A stretch of DNA of 64,000 nucleotides from Gammaproteobacteria bacterium (GTDB lineage Bacteria > Pseudomonadota > Gammaproteobacteria > Eutrophobiales > Eutrophobiaceae), in contig CBDCTH010000012.1 of assembly GCA_965222155.1 (NCBI GenBank), positions 992,001-1,056,000 on the forward strand, written 5' to 3'. The first letter of the stretch is position 1. The number at the start of each line of letters is the position of its first letter. Positions 30,232 to 41,275 of this stretch are shown here, piece by piece. The notes under the pieces are model-generated. The model was not told the DNA's origin, did no database searches, and saw nothing but the letters and a program-made list of their open reading frames with translations. Both the position numbers and the translations under genes were made by a program.

Positions 30232-31262
30232 TTCGAGGCCAGCGGCCAGAACTGAAAATAATCCAGCAAAATCACCAGCAGGGGAAAGGTTAAACCAAGC
30301 AGTGCATTGGCCAGCCACAGTTCTTCCTGGTAGTTGCCCGCCGGCCCGGAAGCCAGGGGTCCGGACACGATTGGTCCCATGAACAGGTAAATCCGTTGTA
30401 ATATAAATGCTGCCACCGTAGACAGCAGTACAAGCAGGATTCCCTTAAGAGGTTGCTCCATATTCTTCAACAATCCACCCTGGAAAAACGTTAACGGCAC
30501 AAAGGTCCCGAATATGAAAGATATGGGCACCAGCACCATGTAGCTGACTTGGTCCATACCCAGGAGCGTGGTGCAGGCAAAGTAAAGCACTCCCCCCAGC
30601 GCCACCGTAATAACCGTTGAGGTCAATACGCCGAGGGTGGGATTCTTGATAACCCGCACCGGCCAGCCTTCAAAGAGCGGGAAGAGCATGATAGCCGCAA
30701 CAGTCGATACACCTACGACCAACGGACTCCACGCCATAAATAATCCGCCCGGATCAGCGTCCGCGAAATATACCGGCACCCCTTTCAGAAAACTGAAATC
30801 AAATAACAGTTGAAAGATTATGTAGCCGCCAAGATAGGCGACAGCAAGAACGCTTAGACCGATAATCAACGGGTTGCTGCTGAGAAGTGTCACCGGCCAG
30901 CAATGCCAAAGGGCTGCATACCAGAAGGTCACTACTACTACCAGAATGGAATACATCATCAACATGGGGGTAATGCCGTGACCCTTGCCTACCAGATGGT
31001 AGGACAGGACAGCCAGGGACAGCCCGACAACCATAGTGATCAGTGTCATCACCAGTCCCTTCAGCGGCTGCGACATCGTTGTCAGCAGTGACGGGTAATT
31101 CGTCTGCCAGACCATAGCCATGACGAGTTGCATAGGCACCAGTGACATGAACAACCACGCAACCCAGGTACTGAAGGTGGCCTCTTCAAATAAACTGATG
31201 ATACCCAGTGCAATAATCACCACACCAATCAGACTGACAATACCGAGCAATGGTTGTTTCAT
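30201..31262 (-). CDS. Polytopic membrane protein with internal two-fold repeat (putative transporter)
   Basis: About 10 TM helices; QPLKG and W/G-x-W-P motifs occur twice. Confidence 0.65.
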   Translation of the reverse strand: MKQPLLGIVSLIGVVIIALGIISLFEEATFSTWVAWLFMSLVPMQLVMAMVWQTNYPSLLTTMSQPLKGLVMTLITMVVGLSLAVLSYHLVGKGHGITPMLMMYSILVVVVTFWYAALWHCWPVTLLSSNPLIIGLSVLAVAYLGGYIIFQLLFDFSFLKGVPVYFADADPGGLFMAWSPLVVGVSTVAAIMLFPLFEGWPVRVIKNPTLGVLTSTVITVALGGVLYFACTTLLGMDQVSYMVLVPISFIFGTFVPLTFFQGGLLKNMEQPLKGILLVLLSTVAAFILQRIYLFMGPIVSGPLASGPAGNYQEELWLANALLGLTFPLLVILLDYFQFWPLASNQQAANESSD

Positions 31263-31516
31263 AAATTCCTCCGTCTACGCTGTTTTTTCAATCTGGCACA
31301 TCAGGCTTTCAGATTCGTGGCGCCCATACCTGGATCCAACCCACCTGAATCCCCGGTGAGCATATTGATATTGGACTCTAACTGATTTTCAATATCGTTG
31401 CGGTTTTTTTCAGCCCCCAAAATTCCTCCTGTAGCCCGTATATCTCAGCAGTGGGTGCGGCCTGCGAGATTAAAATCAATTGCTTTCTTTTCACAAAATC
31501 ACGATGATCGCACAGG

Positions 31517-31813
31517 ATGATTGACATAAATTTCATTCCCCATCCGCTGCAGGGTACGCCGTACGGGACAGTGCTCGATCTGGCCGTTATATTAGCGATC
31601 GGATGCTGGCTGTTGTCGGTGGTTGCCCGGGAATATTCCTGGGTCGACCACATCTGGTCTGTTTGTCCAGCCATTTATTGCCTGCTGGTCGCTGCTGATG
31701 CGGATTTCAGTTCGACACGACTCGGTGAATCCATTTCTTTGTCCCGCTACCCGTCTTATCGGGACTATCAGGCGGCAACTCTGCGCCTCATTCCCTTTAC
31801 CCGATTAGGATGA
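31517..31813 (+). pseudogene. DUF1295-like membrane protein, internally deleted
   Basis: N-terminal EYSWVDHIWS joined directly to C-terminal ESISLSRYPSYRDYQAAT...IPF. Confidence 0.65.
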
Positions 31814-31912
31814 GATTATTCAATGGAATAAAGGCGGGAAATGAGTTTTCAGAGAGTCCTGATGACTTCAGTGTTACCCTGATAAGGGAGCATCATTAAC
31901 CTGGTTCCTATC

Positions 31913-32206
31913 ATGACGGCAGGCAGTCAGCGTATACCAATAAAAGTTCTGCTCGGCATCGGCTTCGGCATGTTCCTGTTGCCCTTGTTGATCGGCACCG
32001 GCGCAGTCATGGACGCCGGCGGCCGCGCCGCCACACTGGCCGCCGGCGCCATCTCGCTGACCTTTGCATTCGGACCGGCCTGCGGCGGTTTTATTGCGAC
32101 CTGGTTCTCCTATGCTGCGATTGGCTGGTTTTCCTGTGCCTTGTGCCTGCTGGCAGCGCTGGCGTTTATCCTGGTCGAACCGGCTGATTTTTCGTACAGC
32201 AGCTAA
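31913..32206 (+). pseudogene. Internally deleted copy of the MFS transporter at 57817-58956
   Basis: 5' and 3' ends joined at CATGTTCCTG (31969-31978), present at 57873 and 58725 in the intact gene. Confidence 0.92.
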
Positions 32207-32426
32207 TCGGGAATGTATACCGGAACATATTCCGATTGTGTCATCGTCGGGGCAGGCACGGCTGGTTTCATCATTGTTATTCCCCTGTTTCCATTAATAA
32301 ATATCGCCATCCATTGACGAATAAATCGTACCCTTGAAACCCGCTTCAATGATTTCGTCCCGGAGCCCTGTTCGTTTGAAACTCTCGGGGTTTACATAAT
32401 TTTGCTCGTGTGCGAGCACGATTGCC

Positions 32427-32738
32427 TGTTGTCAACAAATAGATTTGTCCGCTTCTGTAACAAATGAATTGTCCGCTTTTGTCTTCACACTGACACCATC
32501 CAGAAGGACAGAGTCCGACAAGGATCGTCCAGTGCCGACTGTGCGGCGGACATTACGCGGCAGTCGGTAACTCATCGGCTATGACCTGTCCTTCGGCATC
32601 GTACCTGGCCAAACGTCGCGGGCCATGAAATACACTCACTGTCTCATCCCAGAGCCTGCCCCTGCAGGACGTTGAGCAGGGGACGACAGACCTTCACCTT
32701 GGTTTTGATGTAGTGATACCGATGCCGGTCGGTCCTGC
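32427..32738 (-). mobile_element. Right-end remnant of an ISNCY/IS1202-like element
   Basis: DRHRYHYIKTKVKV...VSVFHGPRRLARYDAEGQ...TAA*; terminal TGTTGTCAAC and repeated TTGTCCGCTT subterminal motifs. Confidence 0.7.
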
Positions 32739-33076
32739 TGGTTGACTTTTCCATAGAAATTGTAACGCGTGTTCTGAAGTGTTCGAAAGTCCAGCACGGG
32801 CATGTCTTCCTGTGGGATATTGATCCCGTCTATATGGAAGCGGTTACCAGGGCAAAAAGCGTTGACTTCCAGGATTTTGTGAGCGATTCCGATGTGTTCG
32901 AGCATCTCGAAAGTACGCGCATGTACCGTAAATGCGCGGGTCGTACCAAGCGGGCTCTGCCTTTTTTCAATCCAGCGTACATCAATGCCACGACGCAGAA
33001 GTTCATTGGTGATGATTGTACCGGTCGGCCCTGCCCCTACTACCAGCACGTCACACTCGTTATTCGTTAACTTCAT
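32736..33076 (-). pseudogene. FAD-dependent monooxygenase 5' fragment truncated by the IS remnant
   Basis: DVLVVGAGPTG...IEKR...TRAFTVHARTFEML. Confidence 0.82.
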
Positions 33077-33271
33077 GTTTATCTCCGGCAAATTGCAAAA
33101 ACAATGTGTCGAATTATGGTGCTGTTATAAAAAAGATCAAGGAAAGGAAAATCAATCCGCGTCGTTGCCATTCCGAAGTTGTGTATTTGGGTTGGAAGAT
33201 GCGTCATCATATAGTTAAACTGATGTTTAACGGCTGAGTCCAGTGCAGCAAAAAACAACTGATTTTTAATT

Positions 33272-34075
33272 ATGCCTCTGCTTATCGGCAATCAGACCGT
33301 TCCTGATCACATGCTGGGTTGCTGGCGCCGGCGTTATATCCGGTTTGAAGATGGCACTGAGGATACAAGCACCCGTGTCATCTGGCTACAGACACCTTCC
33401 GGTTTGGTCGATATGCGCATCAGTGCTGAACGGCCTGACTTTTCCGATCGCCTGCAATTGTCGGATTGCAGTGATGATGAATTGATCGCATTGGCTGAGC
33501 AGGATTGTGCCTGTGGTGTAACTGTTGTGGATGAAACTGCGACGCCATATCCGACAGCAACATGGGAGGGTGGTGATTCCGGCTTCATGCAACAGCCTGT
33601 GATTAACTTTCCGGAAGATGGCTGGTTCGAATGGAAAGAGGAGGGTACCTGCATGCTGGAATATGCACCCAGTGGCGCCTATGTGGAAGACTGGCGATTA
33701 CAGGACAACTCCCAGGATTTCGCCATACATTTGCTTTGCCGGGACAGCGCAACTACAACGAACCTCTATGTTGCCGGTGCACATGCCGTGCTGGCCGTTG
33801 ATCGCTCAATAGTGATTGGTCAGGAACGACCATTGCAGGAAATTGTTTCTGAAAATATAGCTGACCGTGACAGTGTTTACGCTTATCTTGACACGGAATT
33901 CTCCTACGCCAGGTGTGAAGACAGTAATGAATATGAAATCGTCCTGTCGAACCTGCCCTGGAGAGAAGGTCAAGTTTTGCCTCTTCAATGGTTATTGGAC
34001 TCGGATAATGATGCAGTTGTAATTTCGGATAGTAGTGGACGCGAATGGGACGTCATCAGTTATTGCTCAAGTTAG
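33272..34075 (+). CDS. Hypothetical protein, HRI1-like
   Basis: GCWRRRYI...EDTSTRVIWLQTPSGLVDMRI...YVEDWR. Confidence 0.55.
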   Translation: MPLLIGNQTVPDHMLGCWRRRYIRFEDGTEDTSTRVIWLQTPSGLVDMRISAERPDFSDRLQLSDCSDDELIALAEQDCACGVTVVDETATPYPTATWEGGDSGFMQQPVINFPEDGWFEWKEEGTCMLEYAPSGAYVEDWRLQDNSQDFAIHLLCRDSATTTNLYVAGAHAVLAVDRSIVIGQERPLQEIVSENIADRDSVYAYLDTEFSYARCEDSNEYEIVLSNLPWREGQVLPLQWLLDSDNDAVVISDSSGREWDVISYCSS

Positions 34076-34095
34076 AATTAAAATTTGAATTAACA

Positions 34096-35238
34096 ATGAA
34101 AGACCTGCTGAACAAACTGGCAGAAGCCACAGCCGTGGATTTCGAGCATGCCACCAGCATGCCGCCGGAGATCTATTATTCAACAGATCTTCTTGATCTC
34201 GAAATTGAAGATATCTTCAAGAAGGAATGGATATGCATCGGGCGCACTGCTGAGATCCCTGACACAGGCGACTACCTGACTTTCGAACTCCTCGATCAGT
34301 CTGTGATAGCAATTCGACAAAAAGATGCATCAATCAAAGTGTTTGCCAACGTCTATGCACACCGCTGTGCAAAATTACTGGAAGACTACGGGAATTCAAG
34401 CCTCATCGTATGCCCCTACCATGCCTGGTCCTATCAAACTGATGGACAATTAATTGCAGCTCCCTACATGGATCAAACGCCTGGCTTCAACGTAACAGAC
34501 TATCATCTCAAGGAAGTACTCTGGGAAGTGTGGCACGGTTATATCTACATCACATTAAACCAGGATGCCGTTTCCGTTTCGGAACGTCTTGCCGGTTTTG
34601 AAAAAGTAATAGGGCGTTATCAAATTGAAAACTACGTCCATGCCTTCACCTGTGATGTCGTATGGCCCGCCAACTGGAAGTGCTTTATTGAAAATTACAT
34701 GGACGCCTATCATATTTTTAAAGTGCACAAGGACACTTTTGGCAAGTATGGCTCGGCAGAGGAAGCAACCACCATGCATGATGGCGATGATAACTTTACC
34801 TATCACCTGGTGGATATCGGCTTACAAACACAAAATACCCCTGATGCAGCGATAGGCATTGCCCATCCGGACAACAAACACCTGGACGGAAGCTGGCGCA
34901 CACTGACAGTCCTGGGCTGTGTATTCCCGGCCCATACCATGCAGTTACAACCGGACATGCTCTGGTACGTGACCGTACAGCCACACGGCGTCGGCCATTT
35001 TCGTATGCGTTGGTCTGTCTCCATACCACCGGAGATAATGAACGGCATTGATAACCCTGAACAGTACATTGAAGAAACACGCGAGTTACTGATTGCGGTA
35101 AACACTGAAGATGAAGGTATTATTCGCAAGGTCTTTCAGGGAGCAAAGTCCAATCAGGCCACGCCCGGTCCCTACGCCTACCTGGAAAGAAACGTATTCC
35201 ATTTCGGCCGGTATCTGGCGAGACGATTGACAAAATAA
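34096..35238 (+). CDS. Rieske oxygenase alpha subunit, first Rieske Cys replaced by Tyr
   Basis: NVYAHRC...CPYHAW; NWKCFIENYMDAYHIFKVH; C-terminal ED. Confidence 0.85.
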   Translation: MKDLLNKLAEATAVDFEHATSMPPEIYYSTDLLDLEIEDIFKKEWICIGRTAEIPDTGDYLTFELLDQSVIAIRQKDASIKVFANVYAHRCAKLLEDYGNSSLIVCPYHAWSYQTDGQLIAAPYMDQTPGFNVTDYHLKEVLWEVWHGYIYITLNQDAVSVSERLAGFEKVIGRYQIENYVHAFTCDVVWPANWKCFIENYMDAYHIFKVHKDTFGKYGSAEEATTMHDGDDNFTYHLVDIGLQTQNTPDAAIGIAHPDNKHLDGSWRTLTVLGCVFPAHTMQLQPDMLWYVTVQPHGVGHFRMRWSVSIPPEIMNGIDNPEQYIEETRELLIAVNTEDEGIIRKVFQGAKSNQATPGPYAYLERNVFHFGRYLARRLTK

Positions 35239-35262
35239 TATTGAAAAAACGACGCTGGGTCA

Positions 35263-36423
35263 TTGAATAAAAAATCCCAATGCCAGACAAGTCTGATGTC
35301 ATTCAATCCTGATCGCCCTTCATCGATATTCGCCTATGCCTATACTTCTGGCGTAGGTGTTGCGATATTGATGTTTGGGCCAATCATTATCGGCGCCTAC
35401 GTTGACATCGAAGGCATGACGGAAATGCAGGCCGGTTATCTCTTTTCCCTAGAAATGGCGGGTTATGCGCTCAGTTCGGCGATTGTGTTTGCCATCATCA
35501 CCCGTGTTAACTGGCGTCATATCCTGTTTGCCGGTGTGTTCACCGTCGTATTGAGCAATATCACCTCGATTTATTTACACGATTACGCTGAGCTGGCTGG
35601 ATTCAGGTTCTTGGCGGGACTCGGCGCCGGTCTGTTAATGAATGTCACCATGGTTTCTATTGGCCTGACCACAAATTTTGACCGTAACTATGGCTTCTGG
35701 GCGGTGATGCAGTTAACGATCGGCGCTGCGGGACTGTATGTATTGCCCGGTCTGATACCCGCATATGGTCTTGCTGCACCCTTCCTTACCGTCACTGTTC
35801 TTGCGTTGCTGGTATTACCCCTGGTAACAAGCTTCCCCCGCCATGGCAGAACTGCCGGTGCTGCACCGAATAAAAATTACAAACTGTTCCTCGGCCTCAC
35901 AGGACTGCTGGGTATATTTATTTACTATGGTGGGCAGGCAGCAGTATGGGCGTATTTCGAGCGCATAGGTATGGATGCGGGCATCGAACCCGACAGTGTG
36001 GGAAGTGTTCTATCGGCCTCCCTGGTGCTGGGTATCCTTGGTGCGGCCCTGGCCACCTGGCTTGGGGATAGACGGGGTCGCCGCCTTCCAGTCGTTGCAA
36101 GTATGATATGTTCAGCAATCGGTATCAGTTTCCTGTGGGGTATGCAATCCGTTTATCCCTATATCATCGCAGCATGCCTGTTTAACGCGGCCTGGTACTT
36201 TTGCCTTCCTTATCTATCAGCGATCATCGCCAATATTGATTCAAACGGTCGATTGTTGATAGGACTGTCAGTTGTGTTCCCGTCAGCACTGGCCGCAGGT
36301 CCGGCACTGGCAACGTACGTACTGGATGGTGCGGGTTACGGTCCGGTACTCCGGATAGGCTTGCTATCATTACCCATCGGACTGATAATTATGTGGAAAG
36401 CCGCCGGGAGGCACAGCGTATGA
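35263..36423 (+). CDS. MFS transporter
   Basis: About 12 TM helices; RFLAGLGAG; WLGDRRGRR. Confidence 0.88.
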   Translation: MNKKSQCQTSLMSFNPDRPSSIFAYAYTSGVGVAILMFGPIIIGAYVDIEGMTEMQAGYLFSLEMAGYALSSAIVFAIITRVNWRHILFAGVFTVVLSNITSIYLHDYAELAGFRFLAGLGAGLLMNVTMVSIGLTTNFDRNYGFWAVMQLTIGAAGLYVLPGLIPAYGLAAPFLTVTVLALLVLPLVTSFPRHGRTAGAAPNKNYKLFLGLTGLLGIFIYYGGQAAVWAYFERIGMDAGIEPDSVGSVLSASLVLGILGAALATWLGDRRGRRLPVVASMICSAIGISFLWGMQSVYPYIIAACLFNAAWYFCLPYLSAIIANIDSNGRLLIGLSVVFPSALAAGPALATYVLDGAGYGPVLRIGLLSLPIGLIIMWKAAGRHSV

Positions 36424-37601
36424 CCCTGACACGTAATCAGTTCGTGACACCGGAACAACTCGCCAAACTCAGCCTGCCTTTGGAAGAGGCCTATAACCTG
36501 CCTCGGGCCGCCTATGTGTCAGAGCATATTTTCAAACAGGAAGCAGAACAATTGTTCCTGACACACTGGGTCAACGTGGCCCACGTCAGTCAGGTGCCGA
36601 ATCCCGGTGATTATCTATGTGTCGATGTATTTGACTATCCCCTGGTGCTGACGCGCGATAACAATAATGGCATTCACCTCATGTCCCGGGTCTGCCAGCA
36701 CAAGGGAACACTGGTTGCCGAAGGCAGTGGTAATGCAAAACTGTTCGTTTGCCCTTTCCATGCCTGGTCCTATGAACTCGATGGCCGGTTGAGAGCGGCG
36801 CCATTAATGGATAAGGCCAAAAACTTTGATCGTAAGAACTGTCGTCTGAGGGAAATGCGCACCGAGATATGGGAAGGATTTATATTCGTCAATATCAGTG
36901 GCGATGCGGAACCGCTGCATACCCAGTTGACGGATTTACAAAAAATATTGGCGAACTGGCAAATGGCCGGCCTGGTCCCGGCGCATGACGCCTTTTATTA
37001 TGATCAACGCCAGAACTGGAAAATCAATTCAGAATCATTTCTTGAGGCCTACCATCATCTCGGCGCCCATGTAAAAACGTTTCAGCCCACCTATCCGGCC
37101 GCCAACTCTTATCCCATAGCAAGCACGGGCAGGTATTCGGTCCTCAGCTTTGGTCCAGCACAGGCCGCATCGGCAACCAATATCGACGGTGGCATGGACC
37201 TGCCGTTTATTGAAACTCTCGGTGAAGCCGAACGGCTGGAACCCATGGTGGTGTTCGTCTGGCCTAATCTGCTGCTGGGAATTGGCGCCGACCAGGTCGC
37301 TTATTACCGGTTAATGCCGACTTCTGCAGAAAGTCATGATCTCTGGTTGAATGACCTGATGCCGCGCAGCACGGTTGAAGACCCGGCACTCGAACAGGCG
37401 ATCCGGGATCGTGTTCAATGGGCGCGCTCTGTTCACGAGAGTGACGACATGCCCGCTTTTGCACGTTGCCAGTCCGGTATTCGCAGCCCGTTTTATGCTC
37501 AAGGCAGATTGTCCGTCCCTTACGAACGTTGCCTCTGGGAGTTTAACCAATGGTGGGCGGAACGACTTGGTGAGCGAATCCTGGAAGGGCACACATCTTG
37601 A
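36420..37601 (+). CDS. Rieske oxygenase alpha subunit
   Basis: RVCQHKG...CPFHAW; NWKINSESFLEAYHHLGAH. Confidence 0.9.
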   Translation: MTLTRNQFVTPEQLAKLSLPLEEAYNLPRAAYVSEHIFKQEAEQLFLTHWVNVAHVSQVPNPGDYLCVDVFDYPLVLTRDNNNGIHLMSRVCQHKGTLVAEGSGNAKLFVCPFHAWSYELDGRLRAAPLMDKAKNFDRKNCRLREMRTEIWEGFIFVNISGDAEPLHTQLTDLQKILANWQMAGLVPAHDAFYYDQRQNWKINSESFLEAYHHLGAHVKTFQPTYPAANSYPIASTGRYSVLSFGPAQAASATNIDGGMDLPFIETLGEAERLEPMVVFVWPNLLLGIGADQVAYYRLMPTSAESHDLWLNDLMPRSTVEDPALEQAIRDRVQWARSVHESDDMPAFARCQSGIRSPFYAQGRLSVPYERCLWEFNQWWAERLGERILEGHTS

Positions 37602-37661
37602 AAACCGGATGTAATTACATTATGCTTACTTAAAGTCGTTTAATGTACAAGGATCAAAATC

Positions 37662-37916
37662 ATGGTTCACTTAGTTAAAATTGGTAATTCGCAGGGTATC
37701 AGGATTCCGAAACCACTCGTAGAACAAGCTCAGCTGGAAGGGAAAGAGCTTAAATTACAGGTAGTCAGCAACGGTCTCCTGGTTACTCCGAATAACAGGG
37801 CCAGAGAAGGCTGGAAAGAATCCATTGAGGCAGCAATAGCTGCACATGGTGTTGAAGTAATAGATAATGCATGGCTGGATGCAACATTAACATCCGATGA
37901 AGAATTGGAATGGTAA
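37662..37916 (+). CDS. MazE/AbrB antitoxin
   Basis: KIGNSQGIRIPK; palindrome ATGTAATTACAT upstream at 37609-37620. Confidence 0.88.
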   Translation: MVHLVKIGNSQGIRIPKPLVEQAQLEGKELKLQVVSNGLLVTPNNRAREGWKESIEAAIAAHGVEVIDNAWLDATLTSDEELEW

Positions 37917-38239
37917 TGCCTGAAATTGCCCGCTTCCAGATCTGGCTCATAAAGCTTACTCCGACCCAGGGCAGGGAAGTCGGTAAAACAAGGCCATGTA
38001 TCGTGATTTCACCCAATGAAATGGCTGCATTATCTACTGTGCTGGTAGCTCCAATGACAACAAAGGGGTTTCATTTATCCTGTCGAGTCAGGTGTGAATT
38101 TCAAGGGAAGGAAGGGATGATCCTCCTTGATCAAATCAGGGCGGTTGATAAATCACGGTTAGTAAAAAAACTGGGTGTTATTGATGAGACTGCTCAGAAG
38201 GAGTCGTGTAGGCGCCTCCAGGAGTTATTTGCGTACTAA
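37910..38239 (+). CDS. MazF/PemK endoribonuclease toxin
   Basis: PTQGREVGKTRPCIVISP...APMTT...DQIRAVDKSRL. Confidence 0.9.
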   Translation: MVMPEIARFQIWLIKLTPTQGREVGKTRPCIVISPNEMAALSTVLVAPMTTKGFHLSCRVRCEFQGKEGMILLDQIRAVDKSRLVKKLGVIDETAQKESCRRLQELFAY

Positions 38240-38365
38240 ACGGGTGGTTTCAGGCCGTGACTACCCATACCGATGGCATGGTTAACAGTTTATACCGGAG
38301 ACCTTGCTAACACTTTCGCCATGAAGGGATTACCTGTCAGGGAAGTTTGCGCTATACTTTCTCAC

Positions 38366-38719
38366 ATGAGTAAATGTAACCGGCTAATGCTGTTTATTAC
38401 GCTATTCTCACTCGTCTTCCAGGTCCCCGCAGGCGTATTTGAATTTTGTTCCCAGACTTCCCGCGAGAACTCCCGGTTTGAAAACCAAAAAGACGTAACA
38501 AATATAACAGTGAATTGTCACCAGGCCGAGGCCGACAGGAACAACTCTACTGAAACCTGCGTTGCCCAGCATTGCTGTATCGGCGCCGGCGTCTCCGCCA
38601 TGTTCCAACTTGATGGCACCGGGCCGAATACCAATAGTACGCTTATCGCTTACTTTGGTAACGCCTACCCTTATTCTCGTCTGGACAGTATTTTCCATCC
38701 CCCAAAACTTCTCCTGTAG
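38366..38719 (+). CDS. Small Cys/His-rich putative metal-binding protein upstream of copper oxidase
   Basis: Signal-like N-terminus, CH...C...HCC, C-terminal IFHPPK. Confidence 0.55.
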   Translation: MSKCNRLMLFITLFSLVFQVPAGVFEFCSQTSRENSRFENQKDVTNITVNCHQAEADRNNSTETCVAQHCCIGAGVSAMFQLDGTGPNTNSTLIAYFGNAYPYSRLDSIFHPPKLLL

Positions 38720-38854
38720 CTCGTCTGTCTCAACAGAGAGTGCGGGCAGCTCTGTTTGATCCGGACGCGTATCCCTTGCGGGGGATATGCCGGGTCAATC
38801 CTGTATGGCCTTTGCGTATGGGGTCGACCTGTTACATATACAGGGACATAATTT

Positions 38855-40875
38855 ATGCACAAGTTTTTGTTATCCGTACTGCTATGGCACATCCTGTCTG
38901 TGCCGGGCAGGGCTATGGCTGATATGGTCAGTCATGAGTTTGATATCGACTACCTGGATGTCAACGTTACCGGCAAACCGGTGCGTGCCATGGTGATCGA
39001 TGGCAACATTCCCGGCCCGACGATACAGGCAAACCTGAATGACACGCTTAAAATTACCTTTAATAACCGGATGGACGTCGAGACTTCCATCCACTGGCAT
39101 GGTGTTCTCCTGCCGAACGATCAGGATGGCGTGCCGTACCTGACAACAGCGCCGATTGCAGCCGGAGGATCGTTAACCTTTGAATACCCCGTCACCCATT
39201 CCGGCACCTACTGGTATCACGCCCACACCGGCTTGCAGGAGCAGCGGGACTTTATGGCGCGCTGGTATTTCGCAACCCGGCAGAGACCTATCATTACGAT
39301 ATGGAACTGGTACTGGTCTTGTCGGATTGGACCGATGAACACCCGGGAACGGTGCTGAGGAATCTCAAACGTGAAGCTGATTATTATGCGCTGAAAAAAA
39401 ATACCGTCCAGTCCTGGCAGGGTGTGATGCAAAACGGCAGACAGGCGCTGAAAAACAGGATCAATGGTGCCTTGATACGTATGGGTACCATGGACCTTTC
39501 CGACGTAGGTTATGATGCGTTCCTGATTAATGGAAAACAAAGCCTGCATAATACTGAAATCAGACCGGGCGAACGGGTCAGGCTCAGGATAATCAATGCT
39601 TCGGCTTCCAGTTATTTTCACGTCGAGTTCAGCGGTGGCGACATGACCCTGATAGAGGCGGACGGCGTGGCCGTCGTGGAGAGGGCGATGGAGAGGTTGC
39701 GGCTGGCAACGGCTGAAACCTATGACGTAATCATTGAGATGCGCGCCGATAAACGTTATGAGCTGCGGGCAACGGCGGAAGACGGCTCAGGGTATGCCTC
39801 CTATTACCTGGGTTCGGGTGAACCGGTTCCCGTTCTCCCTGCGATGAAATCCAATCTTTACCTGGTGGGGCATGAAAGCCATAGTCGCAGGCGCGGTAAA
39901 ACAGTTCACGCTGACCGGCATGGTTCCATGCACGGTACCAGCGAATATGCCGGTTTGAGGGCGAAAAACCCGACTTCTTTTGATGCGGAACGGAAAACCA
40001 GGGAAATAGCCCTGCGGTTAACCGGGAGCATGGATAGATATACCTGGTCGTTTGATGATAAAACCCTGACCGAGGTCGACAAGATCAGGATCAAAAAGGG
40101 TGAGGTTGTACGTTTCAAGTTAATCAATGAGACGATGATGCACCATCCCATCCATTTGCATGGCCATTTCTTCCGGGTACTGAATGGTGAGCATGATTAC
40201 GCGCCGTTAAAACATACGGTCAATGTGCCACCATTGGATACGGTCATTATTGAATTCGCCGCTGACGAGGAAAAGGACTGGTTTTTCCATTGTCACAACC
40301 TGTATCACATGAAGAGCGGCATGGCGCGGGTGGTGAGTTATCTGCCTGCCGGGGAAGATGATTATCGCAATTCAAGGTACTACCGGTATCAGGTTAAAAA
40401 CGACGATCCCTGGTATCACTTTGCAGATACGTCGTTTCAATCCCAGATGATGGCCGGACGGTTATGGGCGTACAACCGGCGCAATGGTGTTGAGGTGGCG
40501 TATGACTACGATTACGACGCTGAATACGATGTTGAGGTAAGCTACCAACGGCAAATAACGCGCTTCTTTTCCCTGTATGCAGGCGCCAACTTTGAACGGG
40601 ACGACACCGGTACCGACGACCTTGTAGTAGCGGGGGTAAACTACACGCTGCCGCTGTTGATCGATTCAGAGTTGCGCATCGACAGCGATGGTCATTTCCG
40701 CCTGGAGTTGGAAAGCGCCCTGCAGTTGACCGATCGGCTTCGATTTAATTGGAACTGGAATACCGACGCTGAGTACCGGGTTCGGTTTTCCTATGAAATC
40801 AATAAGAAAATGGCCATTACCGCTGGCTATGATTCAGATTTCAAGTCCGGGGCTGGGTTTGAGTATCGATATTAA
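38855..40875 (+). pseudogene. CopA-type multicopper oxidase with C-terminal beta-barrel, frameshifted near 39248
   Basis: HWHG, WYHAH, HPIHLHGH, HCHNLYHM; adding one G to CAGCGGGACTTTAT restores EQRGLYGALV and joins the two ORFs. Confidence 0.88.
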
Positions 40876-40954
40876 AGCGGCCGGGCCGATTTAATTCCTC
40901 GCTGGTTTTCTGGATGCCGTCCCGGGTTGCAGGGTTACCGATAGACACGGGTCA

Positions 40955-41275
40955 TTATTGGTTTGCTACCACATCGCCACCGGCCCGGTTATCCACCAGG
41001 ACCAGGATATCAAGGTAGGTAATCGTTGGTTCCACACCAAAGGCATCTCGGAAGCGCTGAATAAATGCTGGAGAAAAAAATTCTTCCGCCCGTGCTTGGG
41101 ATTCCCAAAGGTAGACGGAATGACCATTACCCGTGGTCTCATCGTAGCAAAATTGCTTGCTCAGTAATCCTGGCAGGTCCTTGAAGATGTTATTGGCGGC
41201 GCCGATAAACTGTTCCAGAATTACCGCGCGGGGTGGCTTACCGGGTAAGTGATAAGTAACTAAAACCGTTTTCAT
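40955..41275 (-). CDS. YdhR-like protein, copy 2
   Basis: Nearly identical to 17762-18079; followed at 41300-41347 by two joined scraps of the GMC gene. Confidence 0.8.
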   Translation of the reverse strand: MKTVLVTYHLPGKPPRAVILEQFIGAANNIFKDLPGLLSKQFCYDETTGNGHSVYLWESQARAEEFFSPAFIQRFRDAFGVEPTITYLDILVLVDNRAGGDVVANQ

